Shown here: positions 37,473-47,927 of the stretch, piece by piece
Layout: every line of letters begins with the position of its first letter
Numbering within the stretch: position 1 is the stretch's first letter
NCBI GenBank assembly: GCA_020343435.1
Contig: CP070794.1
Coordinates: 126,413 to 190,412 of the forward strand
Length of the DNA: 64,000 nucleotides
Direction: 5' to 3'
Source of the DNA: an archaeon
GTDB lineage: Archaea > Nanobdellota > Nanobdellia > Pacearchaeales > UBA284
Made by a program: the position numbers and the translations under genes
The notes under the pieces: model-generated
Database searches by the model: none
What the model was told of the DNA's origin: nothing
What the model saw: the letters and a program-made list of their open reading frames with translations, nothing else

Positions 37473-39607
37473 GTTATGCATTCTCCCCACATTGTGTTTG
37501 GAGGGTGTACGCATCTTAATCCTTCACGGCATTCTGAATCAGCAGGGCCCTTTATAGATATACAAGAATCTCCTCTTGATACAGAATTAAGTTCTACACA
37601 AACATCTTGATCAACTCTATTGACTACTGTAGTTCTACACTGGCCAGATTTACAATCACCATCACTAGAGCAAGGATCTGATCGCTCTTTCTTCTCTTCG
37701 GTTTGTTCCTCTTCTTTTTGTCTATTTCCATATCGTGGATTTTTTGAATAAAAAGGATTGTCAATATATCCAATTAAATCTACTAAAGCTAATGGGCTTG
37801 CTTTCCACATAAATTCTAAAGTTAATGGACCATACTTACTATATTTCTTGGTGAAACATCTTCCGTATTCTGCTAAGTATCCTCCAGGAATAGCAGTGGA
37901 ATGTAATGCTTGGACAGCACATTCTACTGGGATTAAGTTTAATCTCTCGAGTACTGTTGTTGGATAAAATGTTAAAACCCCTGTTCCAGCACTTAGCCAG
38001 AAGTTTTTCTGGAATTGATAATTTCCAAGACTATAACACTCTCCAGCATCACAAACATTCCATAGATCATCTCCTCCTTCTCCACATTTTCCTGCCTCCC
38101 AATTGGTGACTCCAGGAGGATAAACAGGAACACAGTTTCCATATTCTGTTCCAGGGAATACTCCATGCCAATCAACAACATACATACAATCTCCTGCTTC
38201 CATACATGTATCTCTATTACATCTATCAGAGATCAAAGAACCTAAACTTATGCTTAATAGATAACCTGTTGGCCAAAATGGTCTAAACACATCTCCTATC
38301 CACTCAATAACTAAAGAATTTTGTCTCCCACACGAAGTACAATTTTGCCAAACATTAGCTTTTTCCTTAGCATAACCATATCCACTCTCACTAACAGCAG
38401 GTTGGCATAATGTGTTTCTATCTAAACCCATTCCAAAAACTTTTAATTCCCCCTCTTCACATTCTAGATATTGATTTTGCAATCCTGTACTTCTATCACC
38501 CATCCTTGCAATATCTTCTTTTCCTTCTCCTCTCTCAAAAGAACCATAATAATTATAACACTTTTGTTCTCCATGCCTTAAACTAAAAGGTTCATCATTT
38601 ACTTTGGTGACAATTCTTTTATTGGTTTCAAATCCCCAGAATTTTGCATCAATAACTTCAATTTCTTGACTACCTTCTAAATCTATATTATTACAAGAAA
38701 CTTGTTTACAATAAGGATAAGTTTTTGCTACTTCATCTGAAGTATCATCATCTGAAAGAAGATTGCAACTTTCTTCTTTACAAATTTTACAAATATATCC
38801 TTCAGCAAAATTACAACTATTATAATTTATTTCATCTCCCAAACCATTTGTAAAATTTATTCCCAACCCAGATTCAGGAGCACATCTTTCTTGTTGCCCT
38901 CTATTATCATATAAACATATTTTATTTTCATCTCCTAATTCATATTGACCACAAGAAATTCTTTGTTCACCAACATTATCACAACCAACAACTTCTGAAC
39001 ATTGTACTCCTTTAAAGAAATCTTCTACAGTTCCCCCCATATCTGCACATTGTTCAAAATTAACATAATAACATCCATCTGAAACTTTACAACATCCTTT
39101 TGATTTGCTTCTACAGTTAGCATATGTCTCTGTTTGACATCTAGCTCTACAAGAAGTATAACTTTCTCCTTCTTTGCATTCACATTCTGTAAATTCAAAT
39201 TCATTTCCTGCTGCTAACTCTTCACAAATTTTATATTGTTCAGCTTGACAATTAACACTACATCCTCCTAACTTACATGCTGGAACCTCTTGTAAATCTG
39301 TTACTCTAGCAACATGTCTACCATAAACCTCACATTCTGCTTTATATTTTCCTAATTCACACTGTCCTTCTCTTGGAACACAAGCACCAAGTTGACAAAA
39401 ACTAACTTTAGAACAATCTGTCTCTAAAAAACTTGGAAAACTTTGTTTTCTTGCTCCAGGAGCACACAAATCATCTGTTGTTTCAACACAATATCTCCCA
39501 GCATTGTCTTTTTCACAACAAACAGGTGCAGGAACAGAACTAACATTAACTGTAAGTATGATTACAAATATAATACCTATCAATAAAAAAATTCCTGCTT
39601 TTTTCAT
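37469..39607 (-). CDS. secreted, extremely Cys-rich protein
   Basis: N-terminal signal peptide, VCCEK motif, dozens of Cys; translationally coupled to neighbours. Confidence 0.78.
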   Translation of the reverse strand: MKKAGIFLLIGIIFVIILTVNVSSVPAPVCCEKDNAGRYCVETTDDLCAPGARKQSFPSFLETDCSKVSFCQLGACVPREGQCELGKYKAECEVYGRHVARVTDLQEVPACKLGGCSVNCQAEQYKICEELAAGNEFEFTECECKEGESYTSCRARCQTETYANCRSKSKGCCKVSDGCYYVNFEQCADMGGTVEDFFKGVQCSEVVGCDNVGEQRISCGQYELGDENKICLYDNRGQQERCAPESGLGINFTNGLGDEINYNSCNFAEGYICKICKEESCNLLSDDDTSDEVAKTYPYCKQVSCNNIDLEGSQEIEVIDAKFWGFETNKRIVTKVNDEPFSLRHGEQKCYNYYGSFERGEGKEDIARMGDRSTGLQNQYLECEEGELKVFGMGLDRNTLCQPAVSESGYGYAKEKANVWQNCTSCGRQNSLVIEWIGDVFRPFWPTGYLLSISLGSLISDRCNRDTCMEAGDCMYVVDWHGVFPGTEYGNCVPVYPPGVTNWEAGKCGEGGDDLWNVCDAGECYSLGNYQFQKNFWLSAGTGVLTFYPTTVLERLNLIPVECAVQALHSTAIPGGYLAEYGRCFTKKYSKYGPLTLEFMWKASPLALVDLIGYIDNPFYSKNPRYGNRQKEEEQTEEKKERSDPCSSDGDCKSGQCRTTVVNRVDQDVCVELNSVSRGDSCISIKGPADSECREGLRCVHPPNTMWGECIT

Positions 39608-40431
39608 TCTCTACTTATAGCAAACTGAAATTTAAATGGGTTTTCTCCATCTCTTGTTGGTTCTGATTCTAATATAACAACTCCAACATTAAATGAACTT
39701 GGGTGATGTATTCCATTAATCTTGATATTTCTATGTTGTTCATATAAAGCAGTTTGGTAATGTTGCTTTACTAATCCTTCAAATTTCTCTCCTGCAATTT
39801 CTGAATTAACAATATCTTGAGCAACTTCTAAAAGATCCTTGAATGGAATGGATAATATAACATCTTTTTGATTAATTTTTTGAGTTGTAGTTCCAGTAGC
39901 ATATTTTTTTGAAACAGTTATTGGCCAATCAACACTTATAACAATTTTATCATTAGTAATCTCTGCTTCAAAATCTTTTTCTTCAGGTTCTACTCCAATT
40001 TGTCTTTTAAAAGAAGAGAAATCGTTTAAACAACTCTCAATTTCTTCGTATCCTTCTTCTTCTAAGGCTAACTGGAATTCTTGTTCTATCATCTCCAAAG
40101 AAGGTAATCTATTAACTAATTTATTTCCACCAAATTTATCCATTACAACAACATATTGGTCTTCCCCCCACAAAAACGCATAAACATGGCTCCATCTGTA
40201 ATAACCAGCTTGTTTTCCTAATGTAATAAAAATATTTTCACTAGTTTCAGAAACACAATCATAAATAGCATCTCTTAATGGTTCAATTTGGCTTGCCAAA
40301 AGTTCTCCTGCTTTTTCTTCACTTGTAAATCTGTCTCTAATAGAAGGCCATAAGAATATAGCAATTAATGCCACAGCAACAATGATCACTGCGATGATTA
40401 TGAATAAAGTAGTTTGTCCTCTTTTATACAT
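39604..40431 (-). CDS. pilin-like protein with class III signal peptide
   Basis: KRG-QTTLFIIIAVIIV. Confidence 0.82.
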   Translation of the reverse strand: MYKRGQTTLFIIIAVIIVAVALIAIFLWPSIRDRFTSEEKAGELLASQIEPLRDAIYDCVSETSENIFITLGKQAGYYRWSHVYAFLWGEDQYVVVMDKFGGNKLVNRLPSLEMIEQEFQLALEEEGYEEIESCLNDFSSFKRQIGVEPEEKDFEAEITNDKIVISVDWPITVSKKYATGTTTQKINQKDVILSIPFKDLLEVAQDIVNSEIAGEKFEGLVKQHYQTALYEQHRNIKINGIHHPSSFNVGVVILESEPTRDGENPFKFQFAISRE

Positions 40432-40481
40432 GGTATTCTTAACATCTGAGCGTTTATAAAATTTTCTTCAGTCAAATATAC

Positions 40482-41213
40482 CTAATCCTCTTCTCCACGT
40501 GGAGCAAGAATAAAACTCAATTCAAAATTATCTGTTTTAAATTCAAATCTTGCAGGATACTCGTTAGAATAAAGGACATTAACTCTATCTGCAAGTTTGG
40601 ATGCTTTAGCAAATTTAACAAGATAATCTAAACTATATTTTGCTTTTGAAACTTTTTCTGTTTGTATTTTAACTTCGTCTGAACTAAACTCTGTTTTTGA
40701 AGAATGCAGTGTTCCTTTAGCTTCAATAACAAAAGTGTTTGGATCTACATTAAAACTGCAAGAATCTGCAACAATGGCAGCATCATTAACTATATCTAAA
40801 AAGTTTAAAGAATCTATGCCAACCAAAGAATCAAAATTAAAGTTAGAAACTTTCTTCTCTTCACCCTCAACATTGATTAAAGCTAATCTGAAAGTTCTCT
40901 TAGCCTTATCTTCTATATGAACCTTTAATGAATTATCTTCTCTTTCTAAAGATAAAGAAGCGCTAATAGGAACTCTTCTTAATACTTGTTTAAAATCTTC
41001 TAGATTTAATCCTAAAACCTCCTCCTTATCAACCTCAAACTTAGAAAAAGTTTTTGTTGGAATCTTTAAACTAACCAAAGCAACATTAGCAGGATCAACA
41101 GCAGAGATATAAAACCCATCTTTAGTAATCTTGGCATTTACCTCTAAAACTAGTTCTGAGATTAGAGAGACAATATCTGTCAGAATCTTGGGAGTATCTA
41201 ATTTTAATAACAT
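40482..41213 (-). CDS. pcn: DNA polymerase sliding clamp PCNA
   Basis: AVDPANVALV, KYSLDYL, FILAPR. Confidence 0.95.
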   Translation of the reverse strand: MLLKLDTPKILTDIVSLISELVLEVNAKITKDGFYISAVDPANVALVSLKIPTKTFSKFEVDKEEVLGLNLEDFKQVLRRVPISASLSLEREDNSLKVHIEDKAKRTFRLALINVEGEEKKVSNFNFDSLVGIDSLNFLDIVNDAAIVADSCSFNVDPNTFVIEAKGTLHSSKTEFSSDEVKIQTEKVSKAKYSLDYLVKFAKASKLADRVNVLYSNEYPARFEFKTDNFELSFILAPRGEED

Positions 41214-41312
41214 GCTTAAGAGATATCGCTGGAATTTTTAAAGTTTGTTATACTGTAAAATTCACATTCTACCCTCAAAAAACTATTTAAAAAATAACTC
41301 CTGATCTCAAAC

Positions 41313-42653
41313 ATGGAAGTTGAGAAGATAAAACGAATTGCAAGAAAGTATTATTCAAGGAAAGATATCCAAAAAGTACTGTTTGAACAAGCTAAGAATA
41401 GAGAAATAATCCCAAGATATGTTAAAAGAGATGAAAAAATGGTGACTAAAGACACAATTCTTATGGGAAAAAGACCAGATACATTAGAATATCTTGGGGA
41501 TTTGATAGGATATGTGGAAAGAGGAGCTACAAGTTTTCATGTTTCTGAAGAATTTTGGCAAGACCCTCTACAATTAAAAACAGCATTAACACAACAGGCA
41601 CTTAACAAATTAAGACTAGGTTGGGATTTGATACTAGATATAGACTGTCCCTATTTAGAATATAGTAAGATAGCAGCTTTTCTGTTGATAGAAGCTTTAT
41701 ATTTCCATGGGATTAAAAAAGTGGGATTAAAATTCTCTGGAAAAAAAGGGTGGCATATTGGAGTTCCCTTTGAAGCATTTCCTAAGAGAGTCCAAAACAT
41801 AGATGTTAAAGGATTCTTTCCAGAAGGACCAAGGATTATAGCAGCTTATTTGAAAGATATGATAAAAAAAGGTCTTGCTGAAAGAATGTTGGAGATGTCT
41901 AGTCTAAAAGAGATATCAAGATCAATGGGAAAACCAGAGAAAGATCTTTTGGATGATAAAAATCAGTTTAATCCTTATTCTGTTTTAGAAGTAGATACTG
42001 TTTTGATCTCCTCAAGACATCTTTATAGGATGGCTTATTCATTACATGAAGTTTCAGGATTATCTAGTATAGTTATTAGACCAGAGCAATTAAGATCCTT
42101 CCATATTGGGTGGGCAAAACCTGAAAGAGTTTTACCAAAGCCATTTTTACCTGTTCCAGAAAAAGAAGAAGCAAAAGAATTATTAATCCAGGCTTTAGAT
42201 TGGGTAGCTAGACAAGAACAAAGAAAAACTTTTGTTAAAAAAGAAAAATTTTCTCCAGTAAAAACTATTAAAATAAAAGAACTTAAACCAGAACTTTATC
42301 CTCCTTGTATTCAAAATATTTTACCAGGAATAAAAAAAGATGGTAGAAAAAGAGCATTATTTGTTTTAATAAATTATTTCCGTTCATTAGGAATGGAATT
42401 CAATGATATAGAAAAAATATTAACAGACTGGAATAAGAAAAATTATAATCCATTAAGAGGGGGATATGTGAAAACTCAATTAAACTGGTTCAAGAGACAA
42501 TCTGTAAAATTACCTCCAAACTGTAAAAATTATTATCAAGACTTAGGAATTTGTTTTCCAGATAGTTTATGTAACAAAATAAAAAATCCTGTAACTTATG
42601 TTGTAAGAAAAGCTAGATTTTCTAAAGTGAGAGGAAAAAAGGCTAAAAAATGA
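41313..42653 (+). CDS. fused PriS-PriL DNA primase
   Basis: WDLILDID, FSGKKGWH, R..YSLH (PriS); PPCI, DGRKR, PPNC..C..C (PriL Fe-S domain). Confidence 0.9.
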   Translation: MEVEKIKRIARKYYSRKDIQKVLFEQAKNREIIPRYVKRDEKMVTKDTILMGKRPDTLEYLGDLIGYVERGATSFHVSEEFWQDPLQLKTALTQQALNKLRLGWDLILDIDCPYLEYSKIAAFLLIEALYFHGIKKVGLKFSGKKGWHIGVPFEAFPKRVQNIDVKGFFPEGPRIIAAYLKDMIKKGLAERMLEMSSLKEISRSMGKPEKDLLDDKNQFNPYSVLEVDTVLISSRHLYRMAYSLHEVSGLSSIVIRPEQLRSFHIGWAKPERVLPKPFLPVPEKEEAKELLIQALDWVARQEQRKTFVKKEKFSPVKTIKIKELKPELYPPCIQNILPGIKKDGRKRALFVLINYFRSLGMEFNDIEKILTDWNKKNYNPLRGGYVKTQLNWFKRQSVKLPPNCKNYYQDLGICFPDSLCNKIKNPVTYVVRKARFSKVRGKKAKK

Positions 42654-42707
42654 AAATATCTGTTTTTTAACCGAAAACATTTTAAAGCTCTCAAGCTTAA
42701 AAGACAC

Positions 42708-45053
42708 ATGAAAAAAGAGTTGATAGTATGTATATTAGTTGTATTATTACTTTTATCACCAGTCCTTATTCATGCTGAAACAGAACAAGAACAAGTTGAT
42801 AAAGCATATTCTTGGTTAGTTAACAACACTGTTAATAAATGGGATGGATTAAACACAAGACAAAATGCCTTTTCTTTGTTGGCTTTAGGATGTAACACAA
42901 CATATAAAATTCAAGGCAATGATTCTTTATGGGAAAGAAGTTATAGTTCTGGAGGAAGAATATGTTGGGCAGAGAATACAAGTTCTCCAAACTGTGAGTT
43001 GGTTGAAACTTCTTTGGCTATCATGGCTTTAGATGAGATTGATGAGAATTACACAGATGCAAAGAATTGGCTTGTAGAAAGAAATAAAACACAAACTGAT
43101 CTTTATTGGTATTTACAATTAGATGTTGAAAGAGATTACAATGCAACATGTGAAGTTTATTATTTGGGAAGAAATGACTCTGTACAAATTAACGAAGATA
43201 AAACTGTTGCTTTGATCAGTGGTTCTGAATGCTTAAATGTTTATCAGCCAAATCAAGATTATTATTTTGAGTTTACAAGAAATGAAAGATGCCTTGGTGC
43301 AACTTATGAAATAAAATGTTTTAGTAGTTCTCCTTACTTTACTGCAACCATGCTTTACAAAAACACATCTGCTGGAAGACAATGGTATGTTTCTTCAGAA
43401 ACTGGTGTAGGAATCCCTGGAACAAGAGGAGAAAGAGGAGAAGAATCTGATGTTATTGAATTACAAGTTCCAAGTTATTGTCTAACTGAATTAGGGAGTA
43501 ACTCATGTAGTTATGAAGGAACTGCTTGGGGAGCTTATGTTCTTTCAAGAATAGGAGATACAGATTCAGCAAACATGTTCATACCTTATCTTGTGATTAA
43601 TGCTGAAAGAAATCCAGAATTATTCCCTTCAGCATTTTTAGCAGCATTGATTGATGGAAGGTTTACAGATGAAGCAGCAAATTTACAAAGAAATGATGGA
43701 TTCTGGATTATACAAAATGCTGGAGGTGGGGTTTTATATGGAAGATTATATACCACAGCTCTAGCAAAATTAATGTTAGGTTCTTCAGCTGATTTTACAA
43801 AAGCTAAAGAATGGGTATTAAGTAAACAAAAAGATCCAGGTTATTTTTCAGATGCTGATGTTGTTGGAGGAGAAGATAGACTTAGAGATAATGCTTTTGT
43901 GTTGTGGACATTCTGGCCAGATCAATGCCCAGGATATGGTGGGGGTATAGGAAACGAATCTCAATGCGAAAGAAGAGGTGGAATCTGTAGGCTTTCTTGT
44001 GATTCAAGAGATGAAGAAAGAACATGGGATTGTGATTCAGGATTAACATGTTGTGTTCCACCAGGAGGAGGATTAGAAAATTGTACAATGGCTGGAGGAG
44101 CATGTAGGATAGATGAATGTGAATCTGGAGAATTTTTCTGGGAAACTGGTTTCTGTGTAGAGGAAGACAGAATTTGTTGTAGAGATTATTTTGATTTCAG
44201 ATGTGAACAGCTTGAAGGGGAATTCTGTAATTCAACTCAAACATGTAGTGGAGAGAGAGTAGAAACTGTTGATTCATATGTTGGTGGTTCTGGATTATGT
44301 TGTTTGGGAGATTGTTTGGGAGATGATCCTAGCAACAAATACTGTTATGAAATTGGAGAAGAATGTGATCCTGGTGAGACCTGTATTAATGATGCAAGAA
44401 TAGAAATAGGATTTACACAAACCCTGGATGGAGATTGTTGTACTGGAAAATGTGTAAAAGATGATTATTGTAGTAGTATTGGAGAAGAATGTTCTTCTGG
44501 AGAGTGTAGGGGAAGTATTATCAAAACAATAGATACTGATGAGTGTTGTGATGGATCTTGTTTACAAACTTGTGATGACCTTGGAGGAGAACTCTGTTTA
44601 ACTGGCCAAGGATGTACTGGAAGATTTAGAACTGCTTCAAATGGGAGATGTTGTATTGATGGAACATGCACAACAAGTCCAGGAGAAGAAGGAGGATTCT
44701 CATTAATATGGATAATAATCATAATAATAATTGTAATTGTAGCATTATATTTCTTTGTTTTCAAAAAGAAACCAACTAAAAAAGAAGAAGGAGAAGATCT
44801 GTTTTCATTTACTAAACCAAAAAGACCACCAACACAACCACCAGCATTAAAACTACCACAACAAAGACCATTCCCCCAAACAAGACCACTACCAAGAATG
44901 CCAATGATGCCAAGACCAACTTTAAAACCAGCAACATTACCTAAACCAAAAACAACTACAACTAGAAAAACAACAACAAGGAGAAAAAGAACAACAAGTA
45001 AAACAGATCTTGAAAAGACATTAGCAAAGTTAAAGAAATTAACAAAAAAGTAA
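42708..45053 (+). CDS. type I membrane surface protein: QW-repeat alpha/alpha-barrel-like domain, six Cys-rich modules, TM, Pro/Lys-rich tail
   Basis: Signal peptide; KAYSWL, QRNDGFW, QKDPGYF; repeated C-x6/7-C...CC; TM LIWIIIIIIIVIVALYFF. Confidence 0.78.
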   Translation: MKKELIVCILVVLLLLSPVLIHAETEQEQVDKAYSWLVNNTVNKWDGLNTRQNAFSLLALGCNTTYKIQGNDSLWERSYSSGGRICWAENTSSPNCELVETSLAIMALDEIDENYTDAKNWLVERNKTQTDLYWYLQLDVERDYNATCEVYYLGRNDSVQINEDKTVALISGSECLNVYQPNQDYYFEFTRNERCLGATYEIKCFSSSPYFTATMLYKNTSAGRQWYVSSETGVGIPGTRGERGEESDVIELQVPSYCLTELGSNSCSYEGTAWGAYVLSRIGDTDSANMFIPYLVINAERNPELFPSAFLAALIDGRFTDEAANLQRNDGFWIIQNAGGGVLYGRLYTTALAKLMLGSSADFTKAKEWVLSKQKDPGYFSDADVVGGEDRLRDNAFVLWTFWPDQCPGYGGGIGNESQCERRGGICRLSCDSRDEERTWDCDSGLTCCVPPGGGLENCTMAGGACRIDECESGEFFWETGFCVEEDRICCRDYFDFRCEQLEGEFCNSTQTCSGERVETVDSYVGGSGLCCLGDCLGDDPSNKYCYEIGEECDPGETCINDARIEIGFTQTLDGDCCTGKCVKDDYCSSIGEECSSGECRGSIIKTIDTDECCDGSCLQTCDDLGGELCLTGQGCTGRFRTASNGRCCIDGTCTTSPGEEGGFSLIWIIIIIIIVIVALYFFVFKKKPTKKEEGEDLFSFTKPKRPPTQPPALKLPQQRPFPQTRPLPRMPMMPRPTLKPATLPKPKTTTTRKTTTRRKRTTSKTDLEKTLAKLKKLTKK

Positions 45054-45105
45054 ATATGTTTCTATAATTGAAAAAGTTTATTAATACTATAGATCTAAAA
45101 ATAAG

Positions 45106-47454
45106 ATGGGAAAAAGAGTTAATTCAAAAATATTAATATTTGTTTTTGCAATAATCTTTACGATAGCAATCACAAGTTTTGTTTCTGCAAGCTGTATAGA
45201 TATGAAATTAGCAAGAGAATCTTATTTGCCCCAAGAAACACTCCAGTTAGAGATAGATGCTGAATTAACAAGAGATTTAACAACAAATGATTTATTTTTG
45301 TATAGGGGTTCTTCTTTATTACCAAATGTTTTTTTTATGACTAAACTAACAGAAACAAAATATTTTGTATGGACAGATTTACCAGGCACAGAAGGAGATT
45401 ATAAGTTAATGGTAAGAGGAGTTTGTGAGGGAGGTTTATCTTTTGCTGAAAAAGAGTTTCCAGTAGTTAAACCAATATCAACTCTTTATGAGTCTCTTCC
45501 TACAGAAAACTTCAACACACTAACATTAAATGAACATATAATTACTGCAGCAGCTCTTTCATTTAGGCCAGAAGCAATAAGCAATGCACAGAATGATTTT
45601 CTTGTTAGGGGAAATTCTTGTTTTAACCAGGAATGCACAACAAAACAATATGCTTTATCTGCACTTGCTTTCCCAACCATAAGAAATGATATGTTGGATA
45701 GATTAACTGCAGCACAAAATTCAAGATTAGGAAATTGGTCTTTAGTTGTAAATTCAGGATCAGATCAACAATGTGATCTGACAATAGGAGAACAAACAGA
45801 GCAAGTTGATATTAATACTGGAGAACAAACACTTGATCTTGATTTAAATTCAACATCAGAACAAATAAATGTTATTCTTAATTGTTCTAGTAGTACAATA
45901 ACTTCATTAAACTACCAATATAAAGAAACAGAAAAAGAGATTGGAATAGAAAATGGAGAATTAGTATCTTTTACAATTAATAATCAAAAATGTTGGGGGT
46001 CTGGGATAAAAACAACCTGTGATGAAGAATCCACAACTTTTGCAATAGTAGCTTTGAAGTATCTTGGAAAGACTCTTGAAAATGGAACTTCAGTATGGCT
46101 TAGCAATAATAATGATTTGATTATGGCAAAAGCCGCTCATTACTTATTAACTAAAAACAATGAAACAGCAACTGTTCTTTTAACAAGTCAGATGTTTAGT
46201 GGGGGATGGCCAAATCAATTAGGAAGTTATGTTACAGATATGATTACAACAAGCATAGTCTACTTCTCATTACAACAAGATTATCCAGAAGAACTAGAGA
46301 AAACAGAAGATAGATTAAAATCATTGTTCCCTTCCTCAAACCTGGAAGAAAAAGCTTATACTTTATTTTTTGTTTTCCCTTCAAACAAAATAGAACCAAT
46401 TAGCAGAGTTTGGCCAGGAATGGTGAAAACAGAGAGTAGGGGCAGTTTTTATCTTATCTTAGAAAATAAAGGAACAGAGAATATAACTGTTAATGGTTAT
46501 TTCATGAATTCTACAATTGAGATAAATCTTCCAATAAACTCTCTTAAAAGTTTAACCATATCCATCCCAAGAGTTGCAACCCCTGATGAAAGAGCTGTGA
46601 ATTATGATCTTGATCTGATCCAAAGAACGGAGTTTGGAGGAAGGAGAGACTACAAAATTCCGGTAGTTATTTTTACAGAACTTGGAGATGGGATTTCTGG
46701 ACAAACAAACACAAGTGAACAAGAGATAAATGAAACTCAACAACAAAATATAATTAATCAAACACAGAATGGTAGTTTAAATAATCAAACAACCAATATA
46801 ACTGAACCACTTTTACAAGATAAGTTTAGTTTTGTTGAAGAAGAAATAGAAGAAAATATTTCTGAGAGAACTAATTTCACAATAACTTTACACCTAGCTA
46901 ACCTATATAATGAAGCTGTAGAAGATATAAGAATAATTTCAAGTATAGGTTTGTTGGGAATTCTTAATATAAATCCTTCTTCATTAGAAAGAATGGAACC
47001 TAAAACAAGAGAAGAGATTAATCTATCAATAACCCCTCAATTTGGAGGAAGTTATATTGGAACAATAACTGCTGAAGGAAAATTGAATAATCAAAGAATT
47101 TTATCAAATATTTCTGTTTCTTTAATAGTAAACCTTGAAGGTAATGTAACTTGTGCTGAAATGAATGGTACAGATTGTAGTGAAGAGGGGTTTACATGTA
47201 AGGGGGATAGAGAAGTAATGGCTTCTGATACCTTTCATTGTTGTTTGGGCAAATGTGAAAAGGAGGGAGGATCTAACACATTAGCTATAATTATCATCAT
47301 AATAGTTATAATTATCTTATTACTAGTTGTGTTTGTTCTAAAAAAGAAACCTAAAAAAGATATGGGCGATGTTTTGGATGAAGTACAAAACAAATATCAA
47401 AGAAGATTTAAACCATCTCCAGAAATAGGTCCAAGAGGCACTGGAAGACTCTAG
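45106..47454 (+). CDS. type I membrane surface protein related to the upstream gene (QW-like repeats, Ig-like region, one Cys module)
   Basis: Signal peptide, QMFSGGW, C..MNG..C...CCLGKC, TM followed by KKKP. Confidence 0.75.
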   Translation: MGKRVNSKILIFVFAIIFTIAITSFVSASCIDMKLARESYLPQETLQLEIDAELTRDLTTNDLFLYRGSSLLPNVFFMTKLTETKYFVWTDLPGTEGDYKLMVRGVCEGGLSFAEKEFPVVKPISTLYESLPTENFNTLTLNEHIITAAALSFRPEAISNAQNDFLVRGNSCFNQECTTKQYALSALAFPTIRNDMLDRLTAAQNSRLGNWSLVVNSGSDQQCDLTIGEQTEQVDINTGEQTLDLDLNSTSEQINVILNCSSSTITSLNYQYKETEKEIGIENGELVSFTINNQKCWGSGIKTTCDEESTTFAIVALKYLGKTLENGTSVWLSNNNDLIMAKAAHYLLTKNNETATVLLTSQMFSGGWPNQLGSYVTDMITTSIVYFSLQQDYPEELEKTEDRLKSLFPSSNLEEKAYTLFFVFPSNKIEPISRVWPGMVKTESRGSFYLILENKGTENITVNGYFMNSTIEINLPINSLKSLTISIPRVATPDERAVNYDLDLIQRTEFGGRRDYKIPVVIFTELGDGISGQTNTSEQEINETQQQNIINQTQNGSLNNQTTNITEPLLQDKFSFVEEEIEENISERTNFTITLHLANLYNEAVEDIRIISSIGLLGILNINPSSLERMEPKTREEINLSITPQFGGSYIGTITAEGKLNNQRILSNISVSLIVNLEGNVTCAEMNGTDCSEEGFTCKGDREVMASDTFHCCLGKCEKEGGSNTLAIIIIIIVIIILLLVVFVLKKKPKKDMGDVLDEVQNKYQRRFKPSPEIGPRGTGRL

Positions 47455-47903
47455 GATTTCTTATCCTGTGTTTCTTTTATTTTGTTCTTTAATGCTTCTC
47501 TTTGAGCAATCAAAGTTCTTGTTAACATATTAAGTTTATGTAATCTCATAGAAAGATCATTGAGAAGACCATTGGCATCACTTAAATTAAATTTTAGATT
47601 TTTGGGGTGTAAGATCTCTACAGAAGAAGGCATATAATCAAATATTATTTCCATAACCCTGGCCATATTAACAGTTACAACTTCTACTTCTGCGAAACTT
47701 GAAAACATTTCCTCAGAGTCTTTTGCTGGTTTTGCTTCATGAGATTTAGATTTTACAATATTAACATTCTTTTCTTCACCTAATTTTTTTATTATTGTAT
47801 TCAAGACATCTGTGATATGTTCTTTAGGTTTACCAATTATCTCAAACAACATGTAAACATGTAACCATCCTTTTGCTAACTTATCTTTCAATTCATCTTC
47901 CAT
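47451..47903 (-). CDS. conserved archaeal hypothetical protein
   Basis: FEIIG.PKEH, FSSFAEVE, FDYMPSSVEI.HP. Confidence 0.7.
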   Translation of the reverse strand: MEDELKDKLAKGWLHVYMLFEIIGKPKEHITDVLNTIIKKLGEEKNVNIVKSKSHEAKPAKDSEEMFSSFAEVEVVTVNMARVMEIIFDYMPSSVEILHPKNLKFNLSDANGLLNDLSMRLHKLNMLTRTLIAQREALKNKIKETQDKKS

Positions 47904-47927
47904 TTTGATCTTACAGATTAAGGTTAT

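Noticed and set aside
42708..47454. Alpha-2-macroglobulin thioester protein or squalene cyclase
   Set aside because: No CxEQ or DXDD motif seen in the barrel regions; only fold-level resemblance
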